From the NCBI GenBank assembly GCA_963736675.1, contig CAVTPT010000004.1:448815-512814 (forward strand): 64,000 nt of DNA. The letters are read 5' to 3'. The DNA comes from an uncultured Bacteroidales bacterium (lineage in GTDB: Bacteria > Bacteroidota > Bacteroidia > Bacteroidales > VadinHA17). Under the pieces are notes generated by a model. It was not told where the DNA came from. It did no database searches and saw only the letters and a list, made by a program, of their open reading frames with translations. Each line of letters begins with the position of its first letter. Position 1 is the stretch's first letter. Positions 20,676 through 30,565 of the stretch are shown piece after piece. Made by a program: the position numbers and the translations under genes.

Positions 20676-21578
20676 ATGGCATTAAAGTACCTTTCTGATC
20701 TGAAAAACATTGTTGCAGGTAAGCCGAGAAAGAAACTAGTGCTTGCAGCAGCCCAGGATCAGCATTCACTGGGAGCAGTAATAAGAGCATGGCAGGATGA
20801 AATAATAGAACCAATTCTTGTCGGAGATAAAGAAGGGATACAGAATATTTGCGAAGAGAACGGATACAATATTACCGGAATAAGGATCATTCACGAGCCA
20901 GATACCGACACATCAGTCGAGATGGCTGTAAAAATGCTTAGCAGCAAACAGGCCGATGTCCTGATGAAAGGGAAGGTGGGAACCTCCACCCTGCTTAAAT
21001 GTGTCCTGAATAAAGAATGGGGCCTCCGGACAGGTAACCTGCTTTCACATATTGCACTTTTTGAGGTAGATACATATCATAAATTGATTGCCGTTACCGA
21101 CGTGGCTATGAATATAGCTCCGAGCCTCAAGGACAAAATAGCCATTGTCAATAATTCGGTTGCATTCCTGCACAGGCTTGGATATCAGATGCCAAAAGTG
21201 GCTGTACTCGGAGCTGTTGAGATGGTCAACGAAAACATGGAGGCCACCCTCGATGCTGCTCTCCTCTCCAAAATGAACCAGCGCGATCAGATCAGGAATT
21301 GCATAATTGACGGTCCTCTGGCGTTCGATAATGCCATAAGCATAGAAAGCGCCAGGCACAAAGGGATCAAGAGTGAGGTTGCAGGAGATACCGACCTGCT
21401 TCTGATGCCCGACATTGAAGTGGGGAATGTGCTCTATAAATCGATGGTATTCTTTGCAAAAGCCAAGGTTGCATCAATTATTCTCGGAGCCCTTGTTCCG
21501 ATTGTACTGACATCAAGGTCCGATTCAGAACAGGCCAAGTACGACAGCATATTATTATCAGCAGCAGCCAGCAAGTAA
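20676..21578 (+). CDS. ptb: phosphate butyryltransferase-type acyltransferase (paralog 1)
   Basis: PTA_PTB family, about 300 aa (ADVLMKGKVGTSTLLK, VAVLGAVE). Start moved to the ATG at 20676 (MALKYL), because the longer ORF overlaps the ackA stop. Confidence 0.8.
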   Translation: MALKYLSDLKNIVAGKPRKKLVLAAAQDQHSLGAVIRAWQDEIIEPILVGDKEGIQNICEENGYNITGIRIIHEPDTDTSVEMAVKMLSSKQADVLMKGKVGTSTLLKCVLNKEWGLRTGNLLSHIALFEVDTYHKLIAVTDVAMNIAPSLKDKIAIVNNSVAFLHRLGYQMPKVAVLGAVEMVNENMEATLDAALLSKMNQRDQIRNCIIDGPLAFDNAISIESARHKGIKSEVAGDTDLLLMPDIEVGNVLYKSMVFFAKAKVASIILGALVPIVLTSRSDSEQAKYDSILLSAAASK

Positions 21579-21585
21579 AAAGTAT

Positions 21586-22488
21586 ATGATCCGATCTCTC
21601 GGCCAGATGGTGGAAAAGGTGCTCTCTGCGGGAAGGAGATACCGGATTGCTGTTGCATGGGCTCATGATGAAAACACGATAGGAGCATTAAGCAGGGCCG
21701 TCAGGGAAGGTTTTGCTGAAGCCATAATGATCGGGAACCAATCAGAAATAAAAAGGCTATGCAAAACTTTGGGAACCGACGAAAAACTCTTAACCATTAT
21801 TAATATCACTGACGAAAAAGAAGCATCTGAGGAGGCCATAAGACTTGCGGTAACAGGAGCAGCTGATATTGTCATGAAAGGCCTTGTAGGTACCGATAAG
21901 TTCCTCAGGGCTGTGATGGATAAAGATCATGGGCTGATGCTCCCCGATACAATAATGAGCTACGTCTGTGCAATTGAGATACCTGCATATAAAAAGCTTT
22001 TATTTATTACCGATCCGGCAGTAATCCCGTTTCCTGATCTCGGGCAGAAGATTGCAATGGCCGAATATGCCATAGCCATGGCCCACAGATTTGGAATTGA
22101 AAAACCTAAAATTGCACTTATCGGGGCATCGGAGAAGATGACCCGCCATTCCGGAAATTCAACAGATTACGCTGTAATGTGCAAAATGGCAGAAAGGGGC
22201 CAGATAAAAAACTGCATAATGGATGGACCTCTTGATATTTTTCTCGCCTGCGATAAAAACAGCGTACGGATAAAAAATGTTCCGACGCCGGTTGAGGGAG
22301 ATGCAGATATCCTTTTGTTCCCATCGCTGGAGTCGTGTAATCCTTTTTATAAAGGACTGATGCTTTTTGCCGGAGGGGAACTGGCCGGACTGATCAGGGG
22401 AACCAGAAGCCCTGTCATCGTCATGTCGCGAAGTGAAAGTGAAAAGTCGAAGTATTACTGTATCGCTCTGTCTTGCTTTATGTTATAA
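21586..22488 (+). CDS. ptb: phosphate butyryltransferase-type acyltransferase (paralog 2)
   Basis: PTA_PTB family (ADIVMKGLVGTDKFLR, IALIGASE). By eye only about one third identical to paralog 1. Directly upstream of buk. Confidence 0.8.
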   Translation: MIRSLGQMVEKVLSAGRRYRIAVAWAHDENTIGALSRAVREGFAEAIMIGNQSEIKRLCKTLGTDEKLLTIINITDEKEASEEAIRLAVTGAADIVMKGLVGTDKFLRAVMDKDHGLMLPDTIMSYVCAIEIPAYKKLLFITDPAVIPFPDLGQKIAMAEYAIAMAHRFGIEKPKIALIGASEKMTRHSGNSTDYAVMCKMAERGQIKNCIMDGPLDIFLACDKNSVRIKNVPTPVEGDADILLFPSLESCNPFYKGLMLFAGGELAGLIRGTRSPVIVMSRSESEKSKYYCIALSCFML

Positions 22489-22530
22489 GTAGCTTTTATT
22501 GGTCTCAACTGAATATTATTGCTTTTTAAT

Positions 22531-23607
22531 ATGCTCAACCGGTTAATTCTCGCTATAAATCCTGGGTCGACTTCGACTAAATTCTCACTTTTTGAAGAGG
22601 AAACATTGATTTTCGAAACAACGCTTCGCCATATTCCGGAAGAGCTGGATGGCTATGAAAAAATTTCAGATCAGTTCCATTTCCGGAAAGATCTCATCAT
22701 AAGTGAGTTAATTTCCAGAAATGTGGATTTTGACCGTATTGCTGCTGTTGTCGGAAGGGGAGGACTTTTAAAGCCAATATTATCAGGTATTTATACCGTA
22801 AATGAAAAAATGAGGCAGGATCTGCAGGAGGGTTTGCTCGGACAGCATGCCAGTAATCTGGGTGGTCTGATAGCATATGATATTGCTTCATCCCTGTCGG
22901 GGGCAAGAGCTTATATTGTTGATCCGGTAGTTGTGGATGAACTTCAGCCTGTAGCCAGGATCTCGGGGCATCCTGAAATAGAAAGGATCTCAATATTCCA
23001 TGCATTGAACCAGAAAGCTGTGGCCAGGACCTATGCCGGATCTATCGGGGAGAAATATGAAAACCTGAATCTTATTGTTGTGCATATGGGTGGTGGTATC
23101 AGCGTTGGGGCACATAGAAAAGGAAAGGTTATTGATGTGAACAATGCCCTCCATGGAGATGGCCCGTTTTCACCTGAGCGTTCGGGAGGCCTGCCCTCGC
23201 GTCAGCTTGCTGACCTGTGTTTCAGCGGACGGTTTACTTATAACGAGATAAAATCGATGATAACAGGAAGAGGAGGTATGGTCGCTTACCTTGGTACAAA
23301 TAACTTCAGGGAGGTCTGCAGGCTGGCTGAGAACGGTGACAGTAAGGCAGAGCTTATCAGAGATGCAGCCGCTTACCAGATCGCAAAAGAGATCGGAGCA
23401 ATGGCCGCTGTTCTTGAAGGAGACGTCGACGCCATAATACTTACGGGAGGGATGGCTTACCAGGAATCACACATTGAAAAGATAAAGTCCATGATCCGGT
23501 TTATTGCCGAAGTAGTTGTCTATCCTGGAGAGGATGAGATGAAAGCGTTGGCATTCAATGGATTACTTGCACTTGATGGAGAGGTTGAAATCCGGAATTA
23601 TTCGTGA
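22531..23607 (+). CDS. buk: butyrate (short/branched-chain acyl) kinase
   Basis: ILAINPGSTSTKF, HASNLGG, VHMGGGISVGAH and ILTGGMAY motifs. ATG at 22531 preferred over the listed TTG at 22519. Confidence 0.9.
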   Translation: MLNRLILAINPGSTSTKFSLFEEETLIFETTLRHIPEELDGYEKISDQFHFRKDLIISELISRNVDFDRIAAVVGRGGLLKPILSGIYTVNEKMRQDLQEGLLGQHASNLGGLIAYDIASSLSGARAYIVDPVVVDELQPVARISGHPEIERISIFHALNQKAVARTYAGSIGEKYENLNLIVVHMGGGISVGAHRKGKVIDVNNALHGDGPFSPERSGGLPSRQLADLCFSGRFTYNEIKSMITGRGGMVAYLGTNNFREVCRLAENGDSKAELIRDAAAYQIAKEIGAMAAVLEGDVDAIILTGGMAYQESHIEKIKSMIRFIAEVVVYPGEDEMKALAFNGLLALDGEVEIRNYS

Positions 23608-23705
23608 ATTATGCTTTAAAAATGCTGATGTAAAGACACACGGAATCAAATCAACAGAGATTCTTCTGATCCCAATTGTTAACCTGTTAAATATCTTATT
23701 GATTT

Positions 23706-24401
23706 TCAGGGATTATTTACCGCCACGGGGATAATTTTACCATTTATAACCTTACCTGCATTTTCAGCAAATTGTGCAATAAACGCTGCCATATCCACCT
23801 GATTTACAGGTGCTTTCAAACCGGGAAAAGCTTTTTCAAACATCTCTGTCATCACCGAACCCAGGGCAAGACAGTTCACACTTATTCCCGATTCCTTAAA
23901 TTCCTCAGCCAGGCATTCGGTAAGGCATGCAAGGGCGGCCTTTGAAGCGCTGTAAAAGGATAATCCCGGATATTTTGAACTTCCCTGGTAGCCTCCCATA
24001 CTTGAAATGTTAACAATATGTGATCCATTGATCATCAGAGGCTTTACAAGTCGTATCAGTGAGGCGGGACCGATAAGATTGGTCTCGATCATTATCCTGG
24101 CATCATTATTTGATAATTTCATGAAATCCCGTGAGATAAGTGTACCGGCATTATTGATCAATATATCAAGTACACTGAATCTGGTGTAAACCTGGTCTTT
24201 AAACGAATCAAGCTGATCGTCTATTACAGAAAGATCAATCTGTGCCGATGTTACATTGTTGTTTTCACAGCTTTTTACGAGCTCTTCCAGAGCTGCTTCA
24301 TCCCTCCCGGTCACCAGAATCTGATTATCCCTGTTCTTTGCATAAAAAACAACGATCTCCCTGCCAATACCATGGCTCCCTCCATTGACTAAAATATTCA
24401 T
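23706..24401 (-). CDS. SDR-family oxidoreductase
   Basis: Degenerate Rossmann NGGSHGIG, NNAG, and the catalytic YSASKAA motif. Confidence 0.85.
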   Translation of the reverse strand: MNILVNGGSHGIGREIVVFYAKNRDNQILVTGRDEAALEELVKSCENNNVTSAQIDLSVIDDQLDSFKDQVYTRFSVLDILINNAGTLISRDFMKLSNNDARIMIETNLIGPASLIRLVKPLMINGSHIVNISSMGGYQGSSKYPGLSFYSASKAALACLTECLAEEFKESGISVNCLALGSVMTEMFEKAFPGLKAPVNQVDMAAFIAQFAENAGKVINGKIIPVAVNNP

Positions 24402-24598
24402 TTTCGCGGTATATATTAGAAATCTGTTTTTTTCGTTTATTTGCTGTGCGCATGCGTAAAGGTACTAAATTGTTGTTGTGAAAACCGATGTTTTTTCAAA
24501 CACTGACAGGAATAAATGAATTTGTTAACAGGCTGAGCGGGCCCGGCGAAGTCAGTTATGTGAGGTTCCACCGGCCATTAAAAATAAATTATATAAGG

Positions 24599-25186
24599 AT
24601 GAAAATTAATAAAAGAGTCATTTGCCAGACGGTCATGAGGGCCTTCCTGACAGCATTTTTATTGTTGATCATTTTTTCTGATTCATCAGGCCAGAAAAAC
24701 GAAGGTGACGTGCCTCAGTTAAAAGAAAGACTTTTTTACGGTGGGAGTTTCGGACTACAGTTTGGTACAATAACAGATATTCAGGCCTCGCCGGTAATCG
24801 GAATCTGGATACTGCCCAGAGTCGGGATTGCTGCAGGTCCGAATTACAGATTCTATAAATACAGAACCAGCAAGACTCATATCTATGGCGGAAGATCGTA
24901 CCTGCAATATTTGTTTATCAGGGATCTTAACTCGGTCATTCCGCTTGGAATAAATACAGGAATGTTTCTTCATGGTGAATATGAACTGCTAAGCCTGGAA
25001 TCTTCATACTGGAAAAATCCATACACGACCGGCCGTTTTACTACGGGAACCCTCCTTGCCGGGGGAGGTTTGTCGCAGCAGATCGGAAGAAGATCTTTTA
25101 TGAACTTTATGATCCTGTGGCCGTTAAATGATTCGGGATATGGAATATACAGCAATCCTGAGATCCGTTTTGCATTCATTTTCTGA
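24599..25186 (+). CDS. secreted hypothetical protein, possibly a small outer-membrane beta-barrel
   Basis: Start moved to MKINKR (24599), giving a signal peptide. The sequence has alternating aromatic/Gly-rich stretches and ends in F. No family recognised. Confidence 0.45.
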   Translation: MKINKRVICQTVMRAFLTAFLLLIIFSDSSGQKNEGDVPQLKERLFYGGSFGLQFGTITDIQASPVIGIWILPRVGIAAGPNYRFYKYRTSKTHIYGGRSYLQYLFIRDLNSVIPLGINTGMFLHGEYELLSLESSYWKNPYTTGRFTTGTLLAGGGLSQQIGRRSFMNFMILWPLNDSGYGIYSNPEIRFAFIF

Positions 25187-25254
25187 TTATCTCCTGTCTG
25201 TTCTGATATTTAAATTATTACCTTTGCCTGCTCAAAATAAAAAAAAGAATATTT

Positions 25255-25791
25255 ATGAAAGTCGAAAAGAATAAAATGGTATCCCTGATTTATGAGCTCA
25301 GGGAAGTAAATCCGGAAGGACGCATAATTGAGGCTCTTGAGGAGAACCAGCCACTTAAATTTGTTTATGGTGCAGGGCGTCTTCTTCCCTCTTTTGAATC
25401 GAACATTTTTGATCTGAAGAACGGAGACCTTTTCAATTTTACGCTCAAGGCCGAAAATGCTTATGGTGAGAGGGATGAGAGCATGATAATCAACGTCCCC
25501 GTTTCAGTTTTTCAGAAGGACGGAATGATTGATGAGGATATCTGCCAGGTTGGCAACGAGGTTCCGATGGTGGATTCGGAAGGACATCCTCTGAATGGAG
25601 TTATTAACGAAATAACCGATTCGCATGTGAGGATGGATTTTAACCATCCCATGGCAGGAATCGATCTTTATTTTGCCGGAAAGATAATCGATATCAGAGA
25701 CGCCACAGATGAAGAACTGGCTGCCCTGAATCATTCATGTTCCTCCTGCGGAAGTCATTCCGATGCAGGTTGCTCAGGATCATGTAACTAG
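25255..25791 (+). CDS. slyD: FKBP-type peptidyl-prolyl isomerase, SlyD-like, with Cys/His-rich tail
   Basis: SlyD-like N-terminus (KMVSLIYELREV...PLKFVYGAG.LLP.FE), the HPMAG motif, and a C-terminal CSSCGSHSDAGCSGSC metal-binding-type tail. Confidence 0.85.
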   Translation: MKVEKNKMVSLIYELREVNPEGRIIEALEENQPLKFVYGAGRLLPSFESNIFDLKNGDLFNFTLKAENAYGERDESMIINVPVSVFQKDGMIDEDICQVGNEVPMVDSEGHPLNGVINEITDSHVRMDFNHPMAGIDLYFAGKIIDIRDATDEELAALNHSCSSCGSHSDAGCSGSCN

Positions 25792-27023
25792 ATATTTAAC
25801 TTTTCTCCTTCCGACTTCGCAATAATTACGGCTGCACAGGTGTCGCCATATACATTTATGGTTGTACGGAACATATCAAGAATACGGTCGACAGCGAGTA
25901 CAAGGCCGATACCTTCGAGCGGTAATCCCACTGCCTTAAGTACTACAGCCATCATTACCAGTCCTGCCATTGGTATTCCAGCCGACCCGATGGCAGCCAG
26001 AAGTGCCGTAAAAATCACGATAAGCTGCTGTCCGAATGTGAGTTCAATTCCATAAGCCTGTGCGATGAACATTACAGCCACACACTCATAAAGGGCTGTG
26101 CCGTTCATATTAATCGTAGCTCCAAGTGGTAATGTGAAACTTGCAATTTTATTAGATACTCCATCCCTGTTTTCAACAGCTTCCATAGTGAGAGGAAGTG
26201 TTGCATTAGATGATGAAGTTGAAAACGCAGTCAGCAAGGGCGTTGCCATGTTCCTGAAGTGCTTTATCGGATTTGCACGGCCAAGTATTTTTACAGATAA
26301 TGGCAGGGTTACCAACCCATGAAACAGTAAACCTGTCAGGACAGTCAGGAAATAGAGTCCCAGCCTGCTGATAATCTCACCGATCTCATTACCCATACTG
26401 ATCTGTTGAGCAATCACCCGGGCTGTTATGCTGAATATGCCGAGAGGTGTGAACTTAATTATGAAAAGAGTAATTTTCATAATTACATCAAGTGCGGCAT
26501 TAAGTACTTCAGTAAGCAACAGTTGCGATTTAACATTAACCCTGGTGATAAAAAACCCGAACAGGACAGCAAAAAAGATTATGGACAACATCTGTCCCTC
26601 CATCATAGCTTCAAATAAGTTGTCGGGGACGATCTTAATCAGCGTCTGACCGAAACTATCCGATGCTATTGAAATATCTTCAACCGGAACTTTAAGACCC
26701 AGTTCGGAGCCAACTCCCGGCTTAAACCATATTACGAGCAGGTATCCTGTAATTATTGCCGCCAGCGTCGACACGATATAATAAGCAAGGGTCTTTAAAC
26801 CGAGCCTTCCCAGGTTTCCGCTGCTTCCGACACTTGCCAGACCAGTAGTTATAGATAAAAGTATCAGAGGTACAATTATCATATTCAGGGCTCTCAGAAA
26901 TATCTCACCTATCCAGTTGGTGTATTGGGTGGTTTCAGGAAAGTAATAACCAAAAAGCCCTCCGGCAACAAGAGTTAAAAGAATCTGGTAATGAAGAGGA
27001 AAAGAGAATCGATGCCTTGCCAT
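25788..27023 (-). CDS. dicarboxylate/amino acid:cation symporter (DAACS/GltP family)
   Basis: Multi-TM protein with SSSNATLP and INMNGTALYE motifs. Start moved to the ATG at 27023 (MARHRF). Its stop overlaps the slyD stop. Confidence 0.85.
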   Translation of the reverse strand: MARHRFSFPLHYQILLTLVAGGLFGYYFPETTQYTNWIGEIFLRALNMIIVPLILLSITTGLASVGSSGNLGRLGLKTLAYYIVSTLAAIITGYLLVIWFKPGVGSELGLKVPVEDISIASDSFGQTLIKIVPDNLFEAMMEGQMLSIIFFAVLFGFFITRVNVKSQLLLTEVLNAALDVIMKITLFIIKFTPLGIFSITARVIAQQISMGNEIGEIISRLGLYFLTVLTGLLFHGLVTLPLSVKILGRANPIKHFRNMATPLLTAFSTSSSNATLPLTMEAVENRDGVSNKIASFTLPLGATINMNGTALYECVAVMFIAQAYGIELTFGQQLIVIFTALLAAIGSAGIPMAGLVMMAVVLKAVGLPLEGIGLVLAVDRILDMFRTTINVYGDTCAAVIIAKSEGEKLNI

Positions 27024-27243
27024 AAACCTTAATTTACCTGATAAAGGAATATAATCCCTGCGACAATTCCTTTCAAATACAAAAAAAATTTGCTGATCCT
27101 GAACTCCTCCAGAATTCAATATTTGAAAATCAAACAGGGAACGGGGGTAAATAGTGCAGAATTTTTCAATTCGGACATACACCCTCGAAAGAGCATGGTG
27201 ACTGAGATACCACAAAAGACATTTTCAGGCCGGAAATCGTAAA

Positions 27244-27325
27244 GTTACAAATGTAACATTACGAAACAGATGGATTATTCACATTCGTAATCACCATATT
27301 TAACAATTTAATGTTACATAAGTAA
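27244..27325. promoter_or_regulatory. two TTAC-N4-GTAA palindromes plus an ATTACGAA/TTCGTAAT inverted repeat (symporter-proximal)
   Basis: GTTACAAATGTAAC at 27244-27257. TTACATAAGTAA at 27314-27325. 8-bp arms at 27258-27265 and 27284-27291. Confidence 0.4.
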
Positions 27326-27595
27326 ATTATTTCACGGGTAATCTATTAATTAGCATAAATAACAAATAATCAATGCAATAATCAGTATTATATAAAAAAT
27401 TACTTCAATTATTCCGGTTTAAATAGGTTCAGGGAGTAAAATTAAGGTTAGAAATTGTATTTATAACATTAATATTCAATAAAATACAGATCTAATCTCA
27501 ATGGATACATGATATTATGTTCTAATTTAAAATGCTAATATTCAATTCTTTACGGATAGCTGTCAGGTATTAAATTACACATAAGTAATCTTACG

Positions 27596-27654
27596 TTACA
27601 AATGTAAATTCAATATAATTACAATAGTAAACTTTTAATTATTTACATTTGTAA
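27596..27654. promoter_or_regulatory. three phased TTAC-N4-GTAA palindromes (candidate operators of the downstream XRE regulator)
   Basis: TTACAAATGTAA at 27596-27607, TTACAATAGTAA at 27619-27630, TTACATTTGTAA at 27643-27654. Centres are 23 and 24 bp apart. The last site ends 16 nt before the ATG at 27671. Confidence 0.45.
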
Positions 27655-27670
27655 TATTATCTTTTTTGTC

Positions 27671-28105
27671 ATGAAAGAACGAATAACGGAGTTTCTCAGG
27701 AACGAAAACAAAACTTCAGCTCAGTTGGCTGAAGAGATCGGAGTTCAGCCTTCGGGGATTTCGCACATATTATCAGGAAGGAATAAACCAAGTCTGGATT
27801 TTGTGATAAAAATGCTTGAAAAATACCCCAATTTGTCGACTGAATGGCTCATTTTTGGCAAAGGGGCAATGTACAGGGAACACACACTTGCTGATCTGTT
27901 TGAAAAAGAACAGGTTACGGCTGCCAGCCGGGGAATGGAGGAAACTGTGGTACGGGGATTCCGGATTGACGCTCCTTCTTTAAGCGAAAAATCCGGCGAG
28001 GTTTCTAAAGTCGCTGATGATCACACTGATTACAAAAAAATCAAAAGGATTATCTGGTTTTTTGAAAATAAAAGCTTTGAAGAGTTTTTTCCAGGAAATG
28101 AATAG
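27671..28105 (+). CDS. XRE-family helix-turn-helix transcriptional regulator
   Basis: N-terminal HTH_3-like segment (TSAQLAEEIGVQPSGISHILSGRNKPSLDFVIKMLEKYP). No C-terminal domain recognised. Confidence 0.8.
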   Translation: MKERITEFLRNENKTSAQLAEEIGVQPSGISHILSGRNKPSLDFVIKMLEKYPNLSTEWLIFGKGAMYREHTLADLFEKEQVTAASRGMEETVVRGFRIDAPSLSEKSGEVSKVADDHTDYKKIKRIIWFFENKSFEEFFPGNE

Positions 28106-28159
28106 AATTTCTTTTTCAGAAATTCTCTATTAAAAGTATCTTTGCGGTAAATACCGCCT

Positions 28160-28927
28160 ATGTCGAAACGAATTGAGGATTTTAAAGTTACTTCCAACAG
28201 ACGGATAAACAAAGATTTCTTTATTCTTGAACTGGCTGCAAAATCTGTCTTACCTGAATTACGGCCCGGACAATTTGTACAGGCCAGGATTGAAGGAAGT
28301 CCGGAAACCTTTTTACGCCGGCCATTATCCATTCATGATGTTGATTATGAGAAAAATACTCTTAAGATTCTGATACAGATTGCTGGTAAAGGAACCAACG
28401 TTCTCTCTCAATTAAAGGAAAGTGACACCTTAAATCTGATATACCCGCTGGGAAACTCATTTTCCCTTCCCGTAAAGGACGAAAAGATTCTCCTGGTTGG
28501 AGGAGGATGTGGCATTGCTCCCTTATTGTTTCTAGGAAAATATCTGAAATCCCACAGTTTTATTCCTGACATTCTCCTTGGATTCAGAAACAGCGAACGG
28601 ATAATCGAATATGATGATTATAGTCAGATAGGGAGAGTCTTTCTTACTACTGAAGATGGCTCTGAAGGAGAAAAAGGCTTTGTGACACAACATTCGATAC
28701 TACAAAAGAATGATTACAGCAGAATTTACTGCTGTGGACCCGATCCCATGATGAAGGCTGTAGCCGGTTACTGCATGAATAAAGGAATTTTCTGCGAGGT
28801 TTCGCTTGAAAAGCTCATGGCGTGTGGCATAGGAGTATGCCTTTGCTGTGTTGTCGATACGGTCAGAGGAAATCTTTGCACCTGTACTGAAGGTCCGGTA
28901 TTCAACATAAATGAATTAAAATGGTAA
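28160..28927 (+). CDS. pyrK: dihydroorotate dehydrogenase (class 1B) electron-transfer subunit
   Basis: FAD/NAD-binding ferredoxin-reductase-like fold ([16 protein letters not shown]) and a C-terminal 2Fe-2S Cys cluster (CGIGVCLCC...C.C). Overlaps the pyrD start by 7 nt. Confidence 0.85.
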   Translation: MSKRIEDFKVTSNRRINKDFFILELAAKSVLPELRPGQFVQARIEGSPETFLRRPLSIHDVDYEKNTLKILIQIAGKGTNVLSQLKESDTLNLIYPLGNSFSLPVKDEKILLVGGGCGIAPLLFLGKYLKSHSFIPDILLGFRNSERIIEYDDYSQIGRVFLTTEDGSEGEKGFVTQHSILQKNDYSRIYCCGPDPMMKAVAGYCMNKGIFCEVSLEKLMACGIGVCLCCVVDTVRGNLCTCTEGPVFNINELKW

Positions 28928-29835
28928 ATCTTGGCTTTTCCATAGGCGGACTTAAATTCAGGAATCCTGTGCTGACTGCATCCGGGACTTTTGGTTATGG
29001 CTCTGAATTTGAGGATTTTCTGGATGTTTCGGGTCTCGGAGGAATAATCCTTAAAGGAACTACACTTGAACCGCGTGAGGGTAATCCTTACCCGCGGATG
29101 GCTGAGACCCCTTCGGGTATGCTTAATGCTGTCGGACTTCAGAATAAGGGCATTGATTATTTTGAGAAAAATATTTATCCTGTCGTGTCGGGTTTTGACA
29201 CCAATGTTATTATGAATGTCAATGGAAGCTATGTTGAAGATTACGTAAAACTGGCAGACCGGATTAACAAACTCGACAAAATACCTGCAATTGAACTCAA
29301 TATTTCGTGTCCCAATGTAAAAATGGGAGGTATGGCATTCGGTACCAATCCTGAATCAGCACGTGAAGTTATAAGAAGTGTCAGGAATGTTTACCCGGGC
29401 ATACTTATTGTAAAGCTGTCGCCAAATGTTACTGATATTGTCTCTTTTGCCAGGATCGCTGAAGAGGAGGGAGCTGATTCGGTGTCTCTTATAAATACTC
29501 TGCTTGGAATGGCTGTTGATGCCGGTGCAATGAAACCATCCCTTTCGACCATAACCGGCGGATTATCCGGTCCGGCTGTCAAGCCCGTGGCCCTGAGAAT
29601 GGTATGGCAGGTTGCTAGGGCTGTCAGTATACCTGTGATCGGGATTGGTGGCATAATGACAGCTTCGGATGCCATAGAGTTCATCCTTGCAGGAGCATCC
29701 GCGGTTGAAATTGGCACGGCTTCATTTATAGATCCACAGATTTCGGCAACGATAGTGCAGGGTATTGAAAATTACCTGGAAAGAAAAGGATACAACGATT
29801 TATCGGAAATTACAGGATATATTAACAGAACCTGA
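28921..29835 (+). CDS. pyrD: dihydroorotate dehydrogenase catalytic subunit (class 1B)
   Basis: [28 protein letters not shown] and [14 protein letters not shown] motifs. Confidence 0.9.
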   Translation: MVNLGFSIGGLKFRNPVLTASGTFGYGSEFEDFLDVSGLGGIILKGTTLEPREGNPYPRMAETPSGMLNAVGLQNKGIDYFEKNIYPVVSGFDTNVIMNVNGSYVEDYVKLADRINKLDKIPAIELNISCPNVKMGGMAFGTNPESAREVIRSVRNVYPGILIVKLSPNVTDIVSFARIAEEEGADSVSLINTLLGMAVDAGAMKPSLSTITGGLSGPAVKPVALRMVWQVARAVSIPVIGIGGIMTASDAIEFILAGASAVEIGTASFIDPQISATIVQGIENYLERKGYNDLSEITGYINRT

Positions 29836-29844
29836 TTTTTGGTC

Positions 29845-29870
29845 TGACCTGGACGGCCGGACACAGGTCA
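29845..29870 (+). terminator. candidate terminator after pyrD
   Basis: 7-bp stem TGACCTG / CAGGTCA with a 12-nt loop, followed by a T-rich stretch (TTATTTCTT). Confidence 0.4.
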
Positions 29871-29977
29871 TTATTTCTTAAAATATTTTTTGTTCAAATA
29901 ATAATTATTATCTTTTGGTTTTATTTATAATACAGAATAAAGAAATCAAATAATTTCATTAATCAGAATTTAGCGAG

Positions 29978-30448
29978 ATGGCAGAAAATACTTATGTAGA
30001 TGATCTGGACAGAAAGATACTTGATATTATTACAAAAAATGCAAGAGTCCCTTACCTCGAAGTTGCCAGGGAATGCGGTGTTTCAGGAGCAGCAATACAC
30101 CAGCGTGTTCAGAGACTGATGCGGATAGGCGTAATCAGAGGCTCGGAGTTTAAAGTTGATCCTGTAATGGTCGGATTTAAAACGTGTGCCTACATTGGTA
30201 TTTTTCTTGATCATCCAAACCATTTCAGGGAGGTGATAAACCAGTTCAGGGATATTCCTGAAATAATAGAGTGCCATTATACAACAGGCAATTATTCGCT
30301 GTTCATCAAGGTGTATGCCAATGATAATGAACATCTCAGAACCATTCTCACCGATAAGCTCCAGACAATTTCAGGAGTTGTTCGCACTGAGACGCTGATT
30401 TCGCTCGAGGAGTCTATTAACAGACAGATCCCGGTTCTTTCGAAATAA
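29978..30448 (+). CDS. Lrp/AsnC-family transcriptional regulator
   Basis: LDRKILDIITKNARVPYLEVARECGVSGAAIHQRVQRL HTH plus a C-terminal RAM/AsnC_trans_reg-type domain. Confidence 0.9.
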   Translation: MAENTYVDDLDRKILDIITKNARVPYLEVARECGVSGAAIHQRVQRLMRIGVIRGSEFKVDPVMVGFKTCAYIGIFLDHPNHFREVINQFRDIPEIIECHYTTGNYSLFIKVYANDNEHLRTILTDKLQTISGVVRTETLISLEESINRQIPVLSK

Positions 30449-30565
30449 GCAATCTGCCAGGTATTCATGATGAGCACCGGATGACACCAATGATTCCTGA
30501 TTCTGTTTTTTCTTTACCGGAACCTTAATTAACCTTTTATATTAAACTACTAAAACCAATTTCTT

